The notes under the pieces are model-generated. The model saw only the letters and a program-made list of their open reading frames with translations. It made no database searches and had not been told where the DNA came from. A program made the translations under genes and the position numbers. A DNA stretch of 63,458 nucleotides, the filler included, from Atractiella rhizophila (taxonomy: Eukaryota), in NCBI GenBank assembly GCA_021432655.1. It is 4 parts of 4 records of this genome, joined end to end, with 100 filler letters (N's around TTAATTAATTAA, not from the genome) between each part and the next. Parts side by side here need not be neighbours in the genome. Positions count along the whole stretch, not along the records: positions 33,511 to 59,249 come from MU271399.1; 3 more parts are not named here. One strand, 5' to 3'. The first letter of the stretch is position 1; each line of letters starts with the position of its first letter. This document shows positions 36,501 to 50,200 of this stretch, one piece after another.

Positions 36501-38695
36501 GCAGGCGGCAACAGTGGCGAAAGAGCTCATTCGGGTATCAGTGGTGTGGCACGAACAATGGGAAATGGGCCTCATTGAGGCGTCTCGGCTCGACAAAGAG
36601 CATAATGAAGGTGCAATGTTTGAAACCTTGGATAAGCTCCATAACATGATCAAGAGGGTAAGCTTTGGTCGGTGCAACACGCAGCTCTAACCAACAAATG
36701 AAACAGGGACCAGAAACAGAGATGGAGAAGCAGTTTTCAGATCATTACCTGCGACATTTGAACAAGGCGAAAGAGTACATTGATCGCTTCCGTCTCAGCG
36801 CCGATCCCGCTGATCTCAATAAAGGCTGGGATGCCTACGTACCTGTAGGTGGATACTACTCTTGGGTAATTACTCACGAATGAACGAACTAGATCCTCCA
36901 ACGCATCTCGCATGAGAATAAGCGGCTACAAAAACTGGAACTTGACCGCGCAGCCCCTGCCTTGCTCGCCCTTCAAAACCAACAAATTGAAGTTGCTGTT
37001 CCTGGTAGGCAGTGCTCTTTCAGTCCGATTCTAATGACTTGACGAACATGTGCAGGTACTTACCAAACGGGAAAGCCCATCGTTTCGATCGTCAACTTTT
37101 CCCAAGTTCTCGACGTCTTCAACTCGAAACATCGGCCGAGGAAGCTTATCATCAAGGGAAGTGATGGGCACGATTACGCTTTCTTGCTCAAAGGTATGTC
37201 ATCCGTCACGTGAGATGAGTCCCAACCTGTGAACACACGGAGGCAGGACACGAGGACCTGAGGCAGGATGAGCGAGTGATGCAACTTATCGATCTTGTCA
37301 AGTGGGTTTTTCTTTTTCATGCCTCAGGCCCAGTCCTGATAACCAGGTAGCCCTCTTCTTTTGCGCGACGCTGATTCTTCTAAGCGACATCTCACTGTCA
37401 AAAAGTATCCAATCGTCCCACTTTCAGCTCACTCCGGCTTGATAGGCTGGGTCGAAAACACGGATACATTACATGGGATGATTTTAAAGCATAGACAAAT
37501 GAAAAAGGTTGCGGTCAACTTAGAACATCAACTCATGCTGACGGTTGGTATTATCCTTTTCGAGATCTGTGTCATCTCATGGACGGCATAGATGTCTGGT
37601 GGCGAGTATGACTTGTTGACGCTCATGCAAAAGATCGAGGTGTTCGAATTCGCTCTGATCAACACAGCCGATGCAGCAGACGATTTAGGTCAGGCTATGT
37701 GGCTTCGTTCGCCTTCAGCCATGTATTGGTTCATAAAACGCTGCAACTATGTCCGAAGTGTGGCCACGATGAGCATGATAGGCTATATTCTCGGTTTGGG
37801 TGACAGGCATCCTCTCAATATTCTTATGGAGCGTGGTACTGGGCGGGTCGTACATATCGATTTGGGTGATTGTTGGGAGGTGGCAATGCACAGAGAGGTT
37901 CGTCCGCTTTGTTTGCGAGGGTGACGCACTTAGCAATGAGTGCAGAGGTATCCCGAAAAAGTCCCTTTCCGTCTGACCAGGATGATCGTTGGGGCGATGG
38001 AGGCTAGCGGAACAGAAGGCACATTCAAGAGTTCGTCACTAATCCCTTCCACTCATGGTACTCTAAATGTCGTCACAGTCAGCTGCAACATTGTCATGAA
38101 AATCTTGCGAGATTATCGAGAATCGATTGAAGCGGTGATGGAGGCTTTTCTCGTAGACCCGCTTGTGAATTGGAAACTTGTCGCTCGTTAGTCAGCTCTT
38201 CAATCTATGAGCCTTGGCTGAAGGAAATTAGACGAATATGATCGAGCCCCACCAAATTTTCCTGGCGCAGCGACAATGGAAGAACGCGAGCTGTCATCTG
38301 TTTTCTCGCCTGGCAGGCATCCCTCAGATAGACCGCGGATAGATGAGAATCATGAACATGACGGTCCGTTTCCTGGAGTCTAAGTCATCCGCTGACAAGC
38401 AATGATAGCCGGGACAATCAATATTAAAGCCCAGGAAGTGATCAATCGTATTACGGACAAACTTACAGGTTTGCCCTTCCTGCCTCTTTCTCGAAAAAAA
38501 TTCGACATTGATTACTTTACTTTTAGGGCGTGATTTCAAAACTTCCCACAGTTTGACCGTCGAAGAGCAGGTACAAAAATTGATCGAGCAGGCGGTGAGC
38601 TATGAGCATCTCTGTCAGTGCTTCCTCGGCTGGTGCCCATTTTGTAGGTTTCACCCTGCACCTTGATCCAAAATGACTCTGGGTATGTAGGGTAA
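33511..38695 (+). CDS. TOR: TOR-family PIKK kinase (FAT-FRB-kinase-FATC), divergent; N-terminus in the gap
   Basis: [85 protein letters not shown]. Confidence 0.93.
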
Positions 38696-38833
38696 ATCAA
38701 TTGCTTCAGTGTGCAAGCGGTGCTTAGTGCCTAGGATTTCTGTACATCAAGGATGTTTAATGTACTAAATAATGGAACAAAAGCCTGCATTCTTGCGGGG
38801 TAAGTACAACTTGGACGACACCAGGATTCATTG

Positions 38834-41236
38834 CTACCCACCAAAGTTGGGTAATCCTTCAGACATAAACGTAGCCGCAGGGAGAAAAGCTTGAAGCCAA
38901 TCAAAGCTTTGATAAGCCTCGCCAGCCAAGTCAAACATGGCGGCCTGGTTGCTGGCTGATGGGGAGGTGTGAGTGCGCGCTTGCGAGAGCAGTGGTTGGC
39001 TCGGCTCATCGTGTAGGTGGATGCCGACACTCTTCCGTACCATGTCCAACGTTCCCGCCTCTACCAGCCTCTTCTTCTCCCCTATGACATCGATTCTCGA
39101 CCGAGCGACTTTGACGAGGCCGTGCATGAGAAGTGAGTGTCGAGCGAGCAAGTGATGAGGGCGTGATGAGGATGCGGCGGACTGAAATTGCTCAGCTAGT
39201 TGCTCGACAGCTGAGAGAAGGATACTTGACAGCTCCGCGTGCTGCCTTTTCTTGCTATTTTCTAGAAGATGAAACACACGGAGTGAAAAGAATGCACAGA
39301 AGGAGATCCAGTTGACGACAACATCTGGCATGCTATCAACCAATAAATGAGCTATTTTTGAGTTAGAAAAACGCTGAAGCACCTGTTGAGCCAACTCAGG
39401 TCACTAGCATGCACAACAACCCATTCGATGTTCTTGATGATTGTGCGGCCAAACGAAGTAAGGACATCGATGAGGCTTAGGGAATATGAGCTGTGTCGGC
39501 GCTGTGAGCGTAGTGAGAACTCTTCCTACCTTGCAGCCACAGCACATTCCTCTGCGGACCATTTCTCTCTTTGGCGGGAAAAGTACATTGGGAGGTGACG
39601 GAATCGCATGAGCATGTTTATCACAACTGCCCCTTGACATGCTCGATGTAGCACTTGTATTGAGTTGACATAGGGTTTGTTCGCACCAGCCTTCGCTGAG
39701 TCTGCCATCAGTTTCAGGAAACCGAAAAATATATAACGCACCTGCCAGCAATTCCAGCCTCGACTCTGTCTCCGAAAAGTCTCCCATAAACCGCATTATC
39801 GACCTTGCAACGTGATCTATCGAAGCAGTAGACCAATGAATTGGGGTGTCATCTAAAAAATTCAATGCTCGAAAAGCTGCTCTTATAAAGCAAAGCTGTG
39901 CGAGTAGAGTATATCGAACTTCAAAAGGGATTTCTGCCACGAAAACCACTGCTTCGAGAGAGGTGGCATCCTTGGTGCTCTCACCCCGCCCACGAAAAAT
40001 CTGATTGTACCCATGAGCCAGATAGACACTGCTCCACTGTTGAATGGCATGAGCTGATTGTAGGGGACCATAATCGACAGACCAGAAGCAATTTCTCCCC
40101 GAATCCAGGAGGTTGATTTTCGTTATCCATCTGCAACTTGTCGAGCCCTATTTGTCTACACAGTTTGACTGCAGTGTTCCGAAACATCGATGCATCTGGT
40201 AATCCGAGATGCTCATCCGTTGAAGTGAGGGGCATCCACTGTGCAAGGACTTCAAAAGCCTAGTACTTCTTGATTTTCTTTTCTTCAACGATAGAAAGAT
40301 GTACCATGATAGTGTTTAGGACGTCTTCCTCCCTCCACAAACTGACGTTCGCACTCAGAGCACGGAACACGTGTTGATTCACTATCGCCTGCAGGTTCGA
40401 CATTACGACTGGATCCGCCCATAGAGTATGTGAGGATGCTGTCAGCTGTATGACAGAAGCAAGAAAAGCGTTGGGTTGTGCAGGCATAGACCAAACATGC
40501 CATTTTGAATAAAACTGATCATAACTAATCGTGAAATTAATGCTCCACAGCACGCTTTGGGTCAGAAAACTCACATCTGGCGTAGTTCTTGTGCTTTAGT
40601 TTGGTCGAGAGATTGCGGTTGAACTTGAAGTTGCAATTCAGGTTTAGGTGACTTCTGCATTCCTTTCTCAAAATTTCTCAATACAGTGTCCAACAGTGAC
40701 CAAAGATCTCCATAATCCATAGCATCCACTGTTCTCTCATCCGCTTCCAACGGTTCGGCGGGAAACAGGTTCACGAATGCGTGCTTAAACTGGAAAGTGT
40801 CGGTCAAAACTCGTTCAGATTGTGGTGTCAAAGACGGCGTTGGCAAACGGGAACCTAGACGGAGGGATGCAGAGGGGGCCGCTGACTGCTGCATTCCCTG
40901 AGATGGAGAAGGCGTGAAAGAATCCGAAGTTGAGTTAACAGCGAAGGAGCACAGGATGCTCAAGACAGAACATCTGTGGCAAACAAGGGATCCTGATGAG
41001 CTCGGCTCACACCGAGTTTTCTGCTTGCGACCTATCCACGTTGGTTATGATGCGTGCTGAAATATTGAACTCCACGCGTACATTGTTCGCAAGCTCTTCA
41101 CAGGAGATTTAGGGCATTTCCTCCTGGAAAAGACGCTCAACACTCACTTGGTCGTTCGTGGGCGTTTAGCCCCAACCGCCATTCTTCCAGCTTGAGCAGC
41201 TGCATCTGGATCAACCAACCGTCTGCGTGGATCCAT
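38834..41236 (-). CDS. Zn(II)2Cys6 fungal transcription factor (multi-exon)
   Basis: Spliced ACEQ|CRKQKTRCEPSSSGSLVCHRCSVLSILCSF; middle-homology-like segment AFEVLAQWMP...AVKLCRQIGL...RLW. Confidence 0.85.
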
Positions 41237-42130
41237 CGCAGCCAGACCTTGACTTGAGCTCAAACAGGCGCGAATGAACAAAAAGATGATAGATGAATTG
41301 GGTAGCGCAACCGCCTTGGACGTGAAGCAAGATGGGTAAGCCACTTCTTCAACGCTACTGTCCGACGGAGGCTCTCATCGGTTCCGTCATGGACCATCGG
41401 ATTATGCCAGAGCGGTCGTCAAACCGAGGTGCTCGGTTGTGCTTGATCTCAAGCAAATCAGTGGAGCGTAATCAATCCACGATCTGAGTCACTTGGCGTC
41501 AAATAACCAACGAGCATATGCCAGGCTTGCTTCGACTTCATGAATCAATTAATCAGCGATAATCAGCCTTCTCTTTGTGTATTGTATAGATGCCTTCAAA
41601 GCATCAAAGAGACGGAAGATAAATGCTTGACAGTTTCAACGCCATGAATGAAAGTTTGAGATCTGCAAAGGTGGTGAACACTGAATTCTGGATCGACAAT
41701 GGTTTCTTATCCCGCAGCAGAGGTAATCGACCCCTTAATTTGGTGCATATCAGCCCTTCTCAAACCAGTCAAAACTCCAGCAGACCTGCTGAATTTCATC
41801 TCTTCTCCGCTGCGACATTCTCTCATGACAGGGAGGTAGTTGGTAAAACGTGGCATTACGGGGATAAGGTACTCAGCTATTGGAACAGCAAAGATCGGGA
41901 AGGCACAAAACGTCCGATCAGGCACTGAACGCTTTAATTGCACCATTCGCCAAAGAGATTCAGTCAGAGAAAAAACGAAACGGAATGTGTGGTTGAGGGA
42001 AGAATCGGAAAGGAATCAAGTCCATCCTTCTCCTCGAAGGTTCGGCGATCAGCATTGGTCGAAGGGAGGTCGCTCCATTAGGTGAAGAAAGTTCGGAACG
42101 TCAACGACCAGAGCAAGAAAGCAGAGGTGC

Positions 42131-43385
42131 TTATGGGACACCAGGGGCGGGGGTGCCTTCGCACGTCCAGGTACTATCCCTCTACACCCACCATCTCACT
42201 GTCAGCTTCATTCTCCCCGTGGAACGCAAGACACGGACCTTTCCGAATCCCTTTCCAGTCTTGACGTACGCCTTGGAGACATCACCGATACCCAAGCACT
42301 CCACGATGGTGTTCATCTTGTAACCCTTCTTCTTGATCTTTCCCACAACCTGCACGAGGCGTTCAATATATTAGGAAAGATATCGGGAAAGCATGAGACA
42401 GGAGGACAAACCTGGGCCATGTTCTCGACGCAAGTCTCCTGAACATCGTGGTTGAGGGTAAGATGAGGTTTGGGGAAGGTGGTGATGAGCTTGTTGTAAT
42501 TTGCAACCATCGTCTTGACGGTCGGTCGAGGAGTGTTGGTATCACCTGAAGCAAAGTCAGCCTCCTCACGTCCAAAACCGCGCAATTTGAACTCGCCCGA
42601 ATCGTAGTCCCAAGTGATGGCACCCTTGTAGCCTCGCTCGGCAGCAACTTCGAGGACGAGGTCGTTGTAGGATCCGAAAGGAGGTCGGAAGTAGAGCGGT
42701 CGAACTCCCAGAATCTTCTTCATCGCGTCTTCGACGAGCTTAAATTGCCGGTTGAGCTGGGCACGGTTGAGGGTTGCAAGGTCGACGTGGGACCTGAGAT
42801 TATAAGGATTGAATAGAGATTAACAAGATGAGAGGAAAGAGGGCAAACCAGGTGTGGGAACCGAGCATGTGGCCCTTTGTGAAACGCTCTTGGACATCTT
42901 CAGCCTTTCGAAATACATCAAGACCTAACTCAGGGCAGAACAAAGAAAAAAAAACAAACGAGATCGTAACTGGAAGAACATCAGTAAAGTACACTGTTGG
43001 CAAATGGAGAGGAACGGACATGCAGCGCCAGTTGTTGCCGTTCATGAAGAAGGTCCCACGAGCACCATGACTTTCAAGTGTATCGGTGATATTGTTGGTA
43101 AAAGGGTACGGCCCATCATCGAAAGCCATAGCCTATTCACCCACCGAAATATGACCGAAGAATGTCAACAACTCCTCTCACAGCTCGACAAGGAGGGTCG
43201 ATATTTCAGAGGGGGGAAAGGGGGCGCACCATGCTCTTTGACACCTTGCAGGTAGAATAAACAGGCACCTTCTTAGCGGCAGCTCTGGATTCGAGGACAT
43301 GGACGTGAGGCTTGGTCTCAAAGGCCATTTGTGCATTGGCTGCGATTGTTAAAAGAGAGAGTGAGAATGAGAGTAGGGACAACAT
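42131..43385 (-). CDS. Chitin/polysaccharide deacetylase (CE4), secreted
   Basis: Signal peptide MLSLLSFSLSLLTIAANA, AFDDGPY, GTFFMNG, GSHTWSH, YFRPPFGSYN, WDYDSGD, LNHD. Confidence 0.93.
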
Positions 43386-44258
43386 TTTTATGACTAGCTT
43401 TTGAAAAGAAAGTGAAAGTGGTCGAAGTCTTGGGAAAAGGAAAAAGACAGGAGTCCTTTTATACGCCTGCCTTCTTCCCACGAGCTTCGATTCTTGGAAC
43501 ACTAACGCGTCTCAATTGTCGAACCTTATCTGCTTCATTAGCCAACTCTAAATTTCATTGACAAGCCTGCAAGCCGAGCCAGCTTTCATCAACTAGACAG
43601 CCAAGGGGCATCAGATTCCGTCATACTATTAGTGGTAAGAGCATACTGGGTGTTGGGCGTTTGATAGGGGTCATATCACAAGGTGAGCGTGCCTTCTCTT
43701 CAGCCCTTGTGTGGGTTGTGGCGTCCTGTATTCTCCTGAACGAGCATTCCTGAAGTTTGGCACAACTGCGAGCAGCAACGCACTCTCCCGCACTCTCGAG
43801 TGCTCGCGTTCGCGTTGATTTGCGCCAGCCGGGAATTCCGCTGGAATGGACGGAATGAGAGGATGCTTTGCCTCAGCTTTACGCCGCAGAAGCGCTGCTC
43901 GTCACGCTGAGCTGCTGTGGGTACTTGCGTACATGAATCAATGACAAACAATAACGAATGGTCTACATTGAAAGGTTCTGGCGCTAACTAGCCTATGTCC
44001 GCTTGTTTTTACGATATTGATTCGAAAGCATGCGTATGCACCACGATGTTTCACACAATGGGGAAGCATACCCGAGGCGTGCGCAGGAGACTTTCTGAAC
44101 GAGATACCTTGAGTATATTGGATGCTTGAGATGCTTGAGTGTGGTAAATTACCCGTGAAGCTGCCTGTCAACTGACGGTTATTCCGCACCGCATATTTGG
44201 TGTAAACTCCAAACCCCATCCAGCTGAACGTTTTGTCTGGCACAGATAGAAAGCGGCC

Positions 44259-47200
44259 ATGTCGCTCGACCTCAACTCCATTGAGATCCCAGACCTCGAC
44301 TCATCTTCCTCCTTCCTTCCCGTCTTCGCTCCAACCACCGCTCCGTCTTCCTTCGGCGGCGCATCCCTCCAGTCACACCGCCGAGACACCTCTGGTTCAT
44401 CCTTCTCCTTTGCTCCCGCACAAACCAACCTTGACCTCATCCTCCCGGCGAACCACCCCGGTGGTGTGGAGAAGAAACCAGCGCTTGGGAATCTGAGGCA
44501 GAAGATCGTACAGCCTGCGTTTCATAGGGCTCATGGATCAAATGCCAGCATTACTTATCCTAATGACAAGAGAAGTCAGAGCAGTCCACTCGTTGGCTTA
44601 GCTGGTGTCGGCGCAGTTGGACAGCAGGGCCAAGATGGCGGAGTGCAGAAAAGGGAGGAAAAGAAGGGTCAGCCTATAGATATGGGTCTTAGGGCGGTAG
44701 GAGAAAAGTTCATGTCAAAGGCAGACACCAAAGTGAATGAAGCCGTCCAGAAGACGATGAATGTTCCTGGAGAGGTGGACTTCAAGACTATCCTCGGGCC
44801 TGGAGTGGATTTAGTCCTTGATACTCTCATAGAAACGCTGGCGCAAATGGCGAGACATCAACCCATCGGAGTGATTGACATGGTTCTAACATGGAGGAAG
44901 AATCAGCTGGACATGCTTGATAAAGAGGGGATCCAGATGTCCATGTTCGTCCACTCTCTTCCCTTTGTTTTCGCCCCTAAAGTTTGAGAAGTGCTTCGAG
45001 TCCCTCTCCGGCTACATCAAGGATTATGGCCGATAACCTAACAGGAGCAAGAGCCGTTCGTATCCCTTAATTCCGTTGCAAGTATGCGCAGATCTCATGG
45101 CTAAGCAGCTAGCCGCTATCTACCTCCTTGGAAGGTCGCTCCTCATCATCCTCGATGGACTCGCGCCGGAATCGCTTGGTGAAGATATCGGGGCACGGTT
45201 AGAAGAGACCATGTTTGGGACTCTACGAAATGGAACACCTTGGGCTGCTCAACGCTCGATAAACCGTCAGAACAACACCGAAATCTTTGCTCGAATACTC
45301 GGAAAACTTTCCCGGTTGCGATTCATACAGGTTACGGATAGGTTTCGATATGAGTTGAATGGCATCGCAACCGGAGCTGTGACGAAGGAAAACGAGCCGC
45401 GATTCGAGCACATGATACACTCCATGCGCTTCATCTCTCTACGCACCTATCCAGAAGAAGCCTTCGAAGAATCTGCGGACTTTCTAGAGAGCCTCGCTGG
45501 CCTTTTTGAAGCATCCCATGGATACCGCATCAAAGTTGCTCTAGCAGAGACACTCGTCAATATACTCAGTCCGGTTCTAGAAAGAGCATCGGCAGAGGTC
45601 AACGCTCCTGTTTGGAGCAAACCGTTGGAGAGAATACACGAGAAAGCACTTCAGATGCTTCAGAAACCGAGGTATTGGAGGCCCGCCGCCGCTCTCGCTT
45701 GTGTTACAGTTGCCGCTGGAAGCGAGGAGTTCATGCTGAATAACTTCGGCAGTTGTGTGGATTTCTGTATCGCCAAATATCGGGTAATGTTTGCCTTCCA
45801 TATACTGAGAAGATGTTAATGTGACGCTTTAGGAACGTGGATTGAGGATTACCGCTTTCAATGGCGTTCTTCAATTGCTTTGGGTCTATCTTCAGCGATG
45901 CCAAGATTCGTCCCAAACCCTTACAAAAAGGCTCGACCCGCTCATTAAGGCATCCTTCCCCCCATCCCGTGTCGGCGTTTTCCCTCACGAAGTCCACCTT
46001 GATTATATCGCGTACATCCCTCACTACCTAGCAACGAAGCAATTCACGAATGGCTCCGAGCTCATTCTCAACCTTCTCCCTCAGCCGAACGAGAGGATAG
46101 AGCAAACACCTCCTGAAAGAGCGTCCGTCGGTATACGCGCACTTCTTCTTGTCCTCAGTTCGATGGAGAAGAGCGAGGAACCAGAACTTCCTTCCATCTA
46201 CGCCAATCTTTCCATGCCTACCGATTTACTTTTGGATGCTAGTCCTCTCCCTCCTGCCCTCTCGAATCGACAAAGTGTCAGGACTCTAGTCGAAAAGGCA
46301 GGTGCAGCTATTTTCCGCTTCGCAGTCGCTTTAGACAACGCCCTAGACGCGTTTAACGTCTTCAACGATCAATACATCTACTTCAACGGCCAAACCCAAT
46401 TAACGAATGTCAAGGAAGAGATCGCTCAACTCTTTTATCAACGGCAACATGGTGGATTTAGGGTCATCTATCCAAAGGACAGGCAGCCGCAGTTTGAGCT
46501 CCTCAAAACGATATTCAATTCTTGGCCACGCTGTCTCATGAATGAGGTAAACGAGCCACAAGCCATAGACATCCTCCTTAGAGGGTTGATACACCTTGAT
46601 GCCGAAGTTGGTGTCGCTGCGAGGGATGCGCTGATGCGGATTGCGAGGTCAGGAAAGGCGCGGATTGTATCAGAGGCGTTCACCCATTTCATTGGACAGC
46701 CGGAATTTGCCTACCGAGATACGACAGTGCTGCAGGTTGCATCGATCCAGAAGTTGGAGAAGATGGCCAAATGGTGGACGGACATCTTGACCATTTGGGT
46801 GGAGCATAAAAATGCTGCTAAAAAGGAGGATGCACCTTCGCATCGACGCCCCTTCGGGAATTTGGAGGAGTCCACTCCTACGGCCGATCCTTTTCATGAT
46901 GACAAAGCTCCAGCCCCGAGAACAGTAGTCGAGATTGAAGCCACCGCCCTTTCCTTCCTCACCTCCAGTCATGCTCCCTTACGAAGGCTGGCCATTACCG
47001 CACTCCGCCTCGCCGCTAGTCTTGACGAGGGAACCGTGGACTCTTCGCCGAAGGATGGAAAGGTAACACGAGTGATACGAGTTATTGAAAATTGTGGCGG
47101 TATGGTGGATGACGTCGACGAAGACCTTTTTGCAAAAATCGACAAGAACAGAGTGTCGAAATGGAGAAAGTCGAAGCCACTCATCAAGCAGTTAGAAGTT

Positions 47201-50200
47201 GACAGCGCCCTGGACTTTGCCATCTGGCTAGCAGTTCTCGGCAACTTCTTCCAACATTGTTTTCTGTCGTGCCCGGTGCCACTTTCAATAATGAAGTCTA
47301 TCTTTTTCGGCAGATTCAACCGCATTCAACCCATTGCATCGTCTGCTGCTGGTCTCGCAGGAGGTCGAGGAGTGAATGGAACGGTCGGTAAAAATCCGAA
47401 TGCAACGGAATCTGCTTTCATGATAGACAGTTGGAGAGCGTGTATCATCGCCCTGTGCACCCTGCATTTTCCCACTCCAAACCTTCCACCAGACAGCGAA
47501 AGGGATCCTAGTGTTGCTCAACAGGAGAGCGTCATTGCGAAAATCATGCCTTTCCTCGTTTCAGACAACAGCACCATCCGCGAAGCGGCTATCAAATCTC
47601 TTGGTTGTGTTCATCCCGTTCTGTACCAGTTCCTTCTCAACAATCTTCGTCACATCGTCCTTTACCTCGGCGAAAACGATCGCAGTGGTGGCACAACCAG
47701 AACTGGTGTTCCCAAGCAAAGTCAGCGTCATGTGAGATTGCGGTCAGCCATTGCTAGGGTTCAGGATTTGTGCAGTCCATTGCTCTCTCGAGCGGATCAC
47801 CCAGTATCAGAAACGTCCATAAGTCTCGTGTCTGATTGGTTGAAGGAGATGCATGTTTATTTAAGGGAGAAAGATGGTCCTGAAGATGCCTCGACTCCAG
47901 TTCTTCGAAAGGGGTTTTGCACCGTGCTCAAGGCTATGATAGACAGTCCGTTTACGAAGAACGGGTTACCGAGATGGATCTCTCACGATTCCAAATCTGA
48001 TCTTTTTTCGATGCTCCAAAGTTGGTGCTTTAAATCCATGGATTCGTCCACTCCTCAACAGCAAAATGGACGATACAACAGCCCACAGTCCATTCCCAAA
48101 TCTCGCAGCAACCCCGGTGCTCCGACCCAACCAATGGTGGACGTCTTTCTACCAGCAGTGATGGCTATCGCTGCTCTCGCTGTGAGTGCCCATACCCCTG
48201 ATGGATAGTGACCTAACTGGCAGGAGTTCAGAATATTGACGTGAGCAGAAATGATATTCCACTCAAAGGCATTGAGCTGGGTGATGTGCTACGCTGGGCT
48301 CAGCCAGTTTTAGAAAATCCCAACTCTACCAGAGGCCCTATATATGCGCGGTAGGTCGATTATCGAGTAAGAGTTTCGCTGATGACAGAAATGAAGGCAA
48401 GCTATCAGAGGGACCATCCTCACGGCGATTTTGACTTCTGCGAGCTTTACTCAAGCTCTAGATGTGGTCATATCTCACTGCTTCGCTGAAACCGACAACC
48501 TTGGACTGGGACAAATGGCATTTTCAGTTCTAAGCGATCTTGTTTTAGAAAATCAGATCCCTAACGCGCGCGAATATCCTCCTCTAACTGCTCTGCTCAT
48601 TTACAAGCTTGGACATTCAGATATCAATACTCGCTATCGTGCCTTCGAGTTACTCATCCCTCATTTCCCCATTGAATCTCTGTCCGCAATGGAGTCGATC
48701 CAGAGCAGCGTTCACACTTCGTTTGCAGGTGTGTCATCCGCCGTCCAGCTTCGAGTCTCGTCCATGCTCCCAGCATTCCTTCGTCGACAGGCTTACGGTA
48801 TCGCAACTGAGTATGTGATGCGAGCGACGGCAGGCATTGGGCGACCGAGATCGATGCTTCGCTTGATTCCAGGTTGGTTGGCTGTGTTGGATCTTGTCGG
48901 GGATCTGGAGAAAGGTACACCTGTTGAAGCGGATCCACTACTCATCAAGTTATTCCTCCTTACTGTCAGGTTTGCCGACAACTGCTATCTAGAGGTCAGG
49001 GAGATTTGGCAGTCCTTAATTTCTCCTACCTCACCAACCTTGAATCAAGCGGCTATTCTTAAGTTTATTATTGACGAGACAACGCGGCGGGGCACAGAAC
49101 AATTCTTACGAGCTGGGAGGAAGATTATCGCCTCTTTGTGCTACACTGATGGAGGAGCCCTGCGCTTATTGTGCGACCTTGCCGAGCTGGTGGATCCAGC
49201 GGGTATGATTGCCCCAGCCGACTCCCTGGAAGGACTCAATCCTTCTTTTCTCCCTCCACCTTCATCACGGCGAAACGCCCTGGATGCACAATTTCCCGTC
49301 GTCGCGAAACGAGCTCTCTTATCTGTCTCCCAAGCAGCTCTTCTTTTATCTGTCGATGCATTGGTTCAACAAACGCATGCTTCTGAGACCCACTTACCTC
49401 TTTTCTTGCATGCCTTCGTCATGCATGCAGACCACCCCTCTTCTCTCTTACGGAACCAAGCTCAAACGTACTTAATCTACTACATGACGGTTCTCAAACG
49501 CTCTCTTTCTTTGGGAAAGAGTACCACTTCGGAAACCACATCCCTGGATGTTGCTTGGAAGTGGCGAAAATTTTGGGATCATGAAGAGCCACGCAAAAAT
49601 TCCAGGGGTTACCTCACAAATATGGAGTATCTGGTTCAGGACGTAGTCAACTTTATGCAACAAAAGTATCCTGATATCGCGAGGATTTGGGGAGAGATTG
49701 CGATCGACTGGGCCGTCTCCTGTCCCGCTCGTCACATCGCTTGTCGGTCCCTTCAGACATTCCGTCTGCTGTCTACACCGCTAGACCTTCGTATGATGGC
49801 ACCGATTATATCAAGGCTCTCAACGACAGCCGGAGACAGTAACCCGGAAATCCAAACATTTACTCGAGAGGCTCTCTATACAATCTCTTCTGCCGTCCCC
49901 CTCATAGGCTCAGCACCTGTTGAAGCCTGGCCGCAGATTTTTTGGACTGGATATGTCTTTCTAGAGAGTTCGAACGATTTCGAATTTTTAGAGGCGTGTA
50001 TCATCGTCCAGGACATCCAGGAAAAACTTGATCCATGCGAACCGGATGTCGATGAAGCTCTGGCTAACACGAGACCGGCAGAGTGGACTGATGCAAGCGC
50101 AAATTCGATCGTCAGATACGTGCTCTTAAAGGGTTTGCGGTCAGGAAGTACCGCCAAAGCCGCTTGGGGAGTGGTGAGAACCATGTTGCACAATCACGTT

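Noticed and set aside
40260..40304. Apparent premature stop in the Zn2Cys6 transcription factor
   Set aside because: Lies in a GTACAT...CTAG intron.
43700..43915. Several short hairpins between the deacetylase and TAO3 (possible SRP/MRP RNA)
   Set aside because: Stems of only 5-7 bp in GC-rich sequence, with no convincing conserved motifs.
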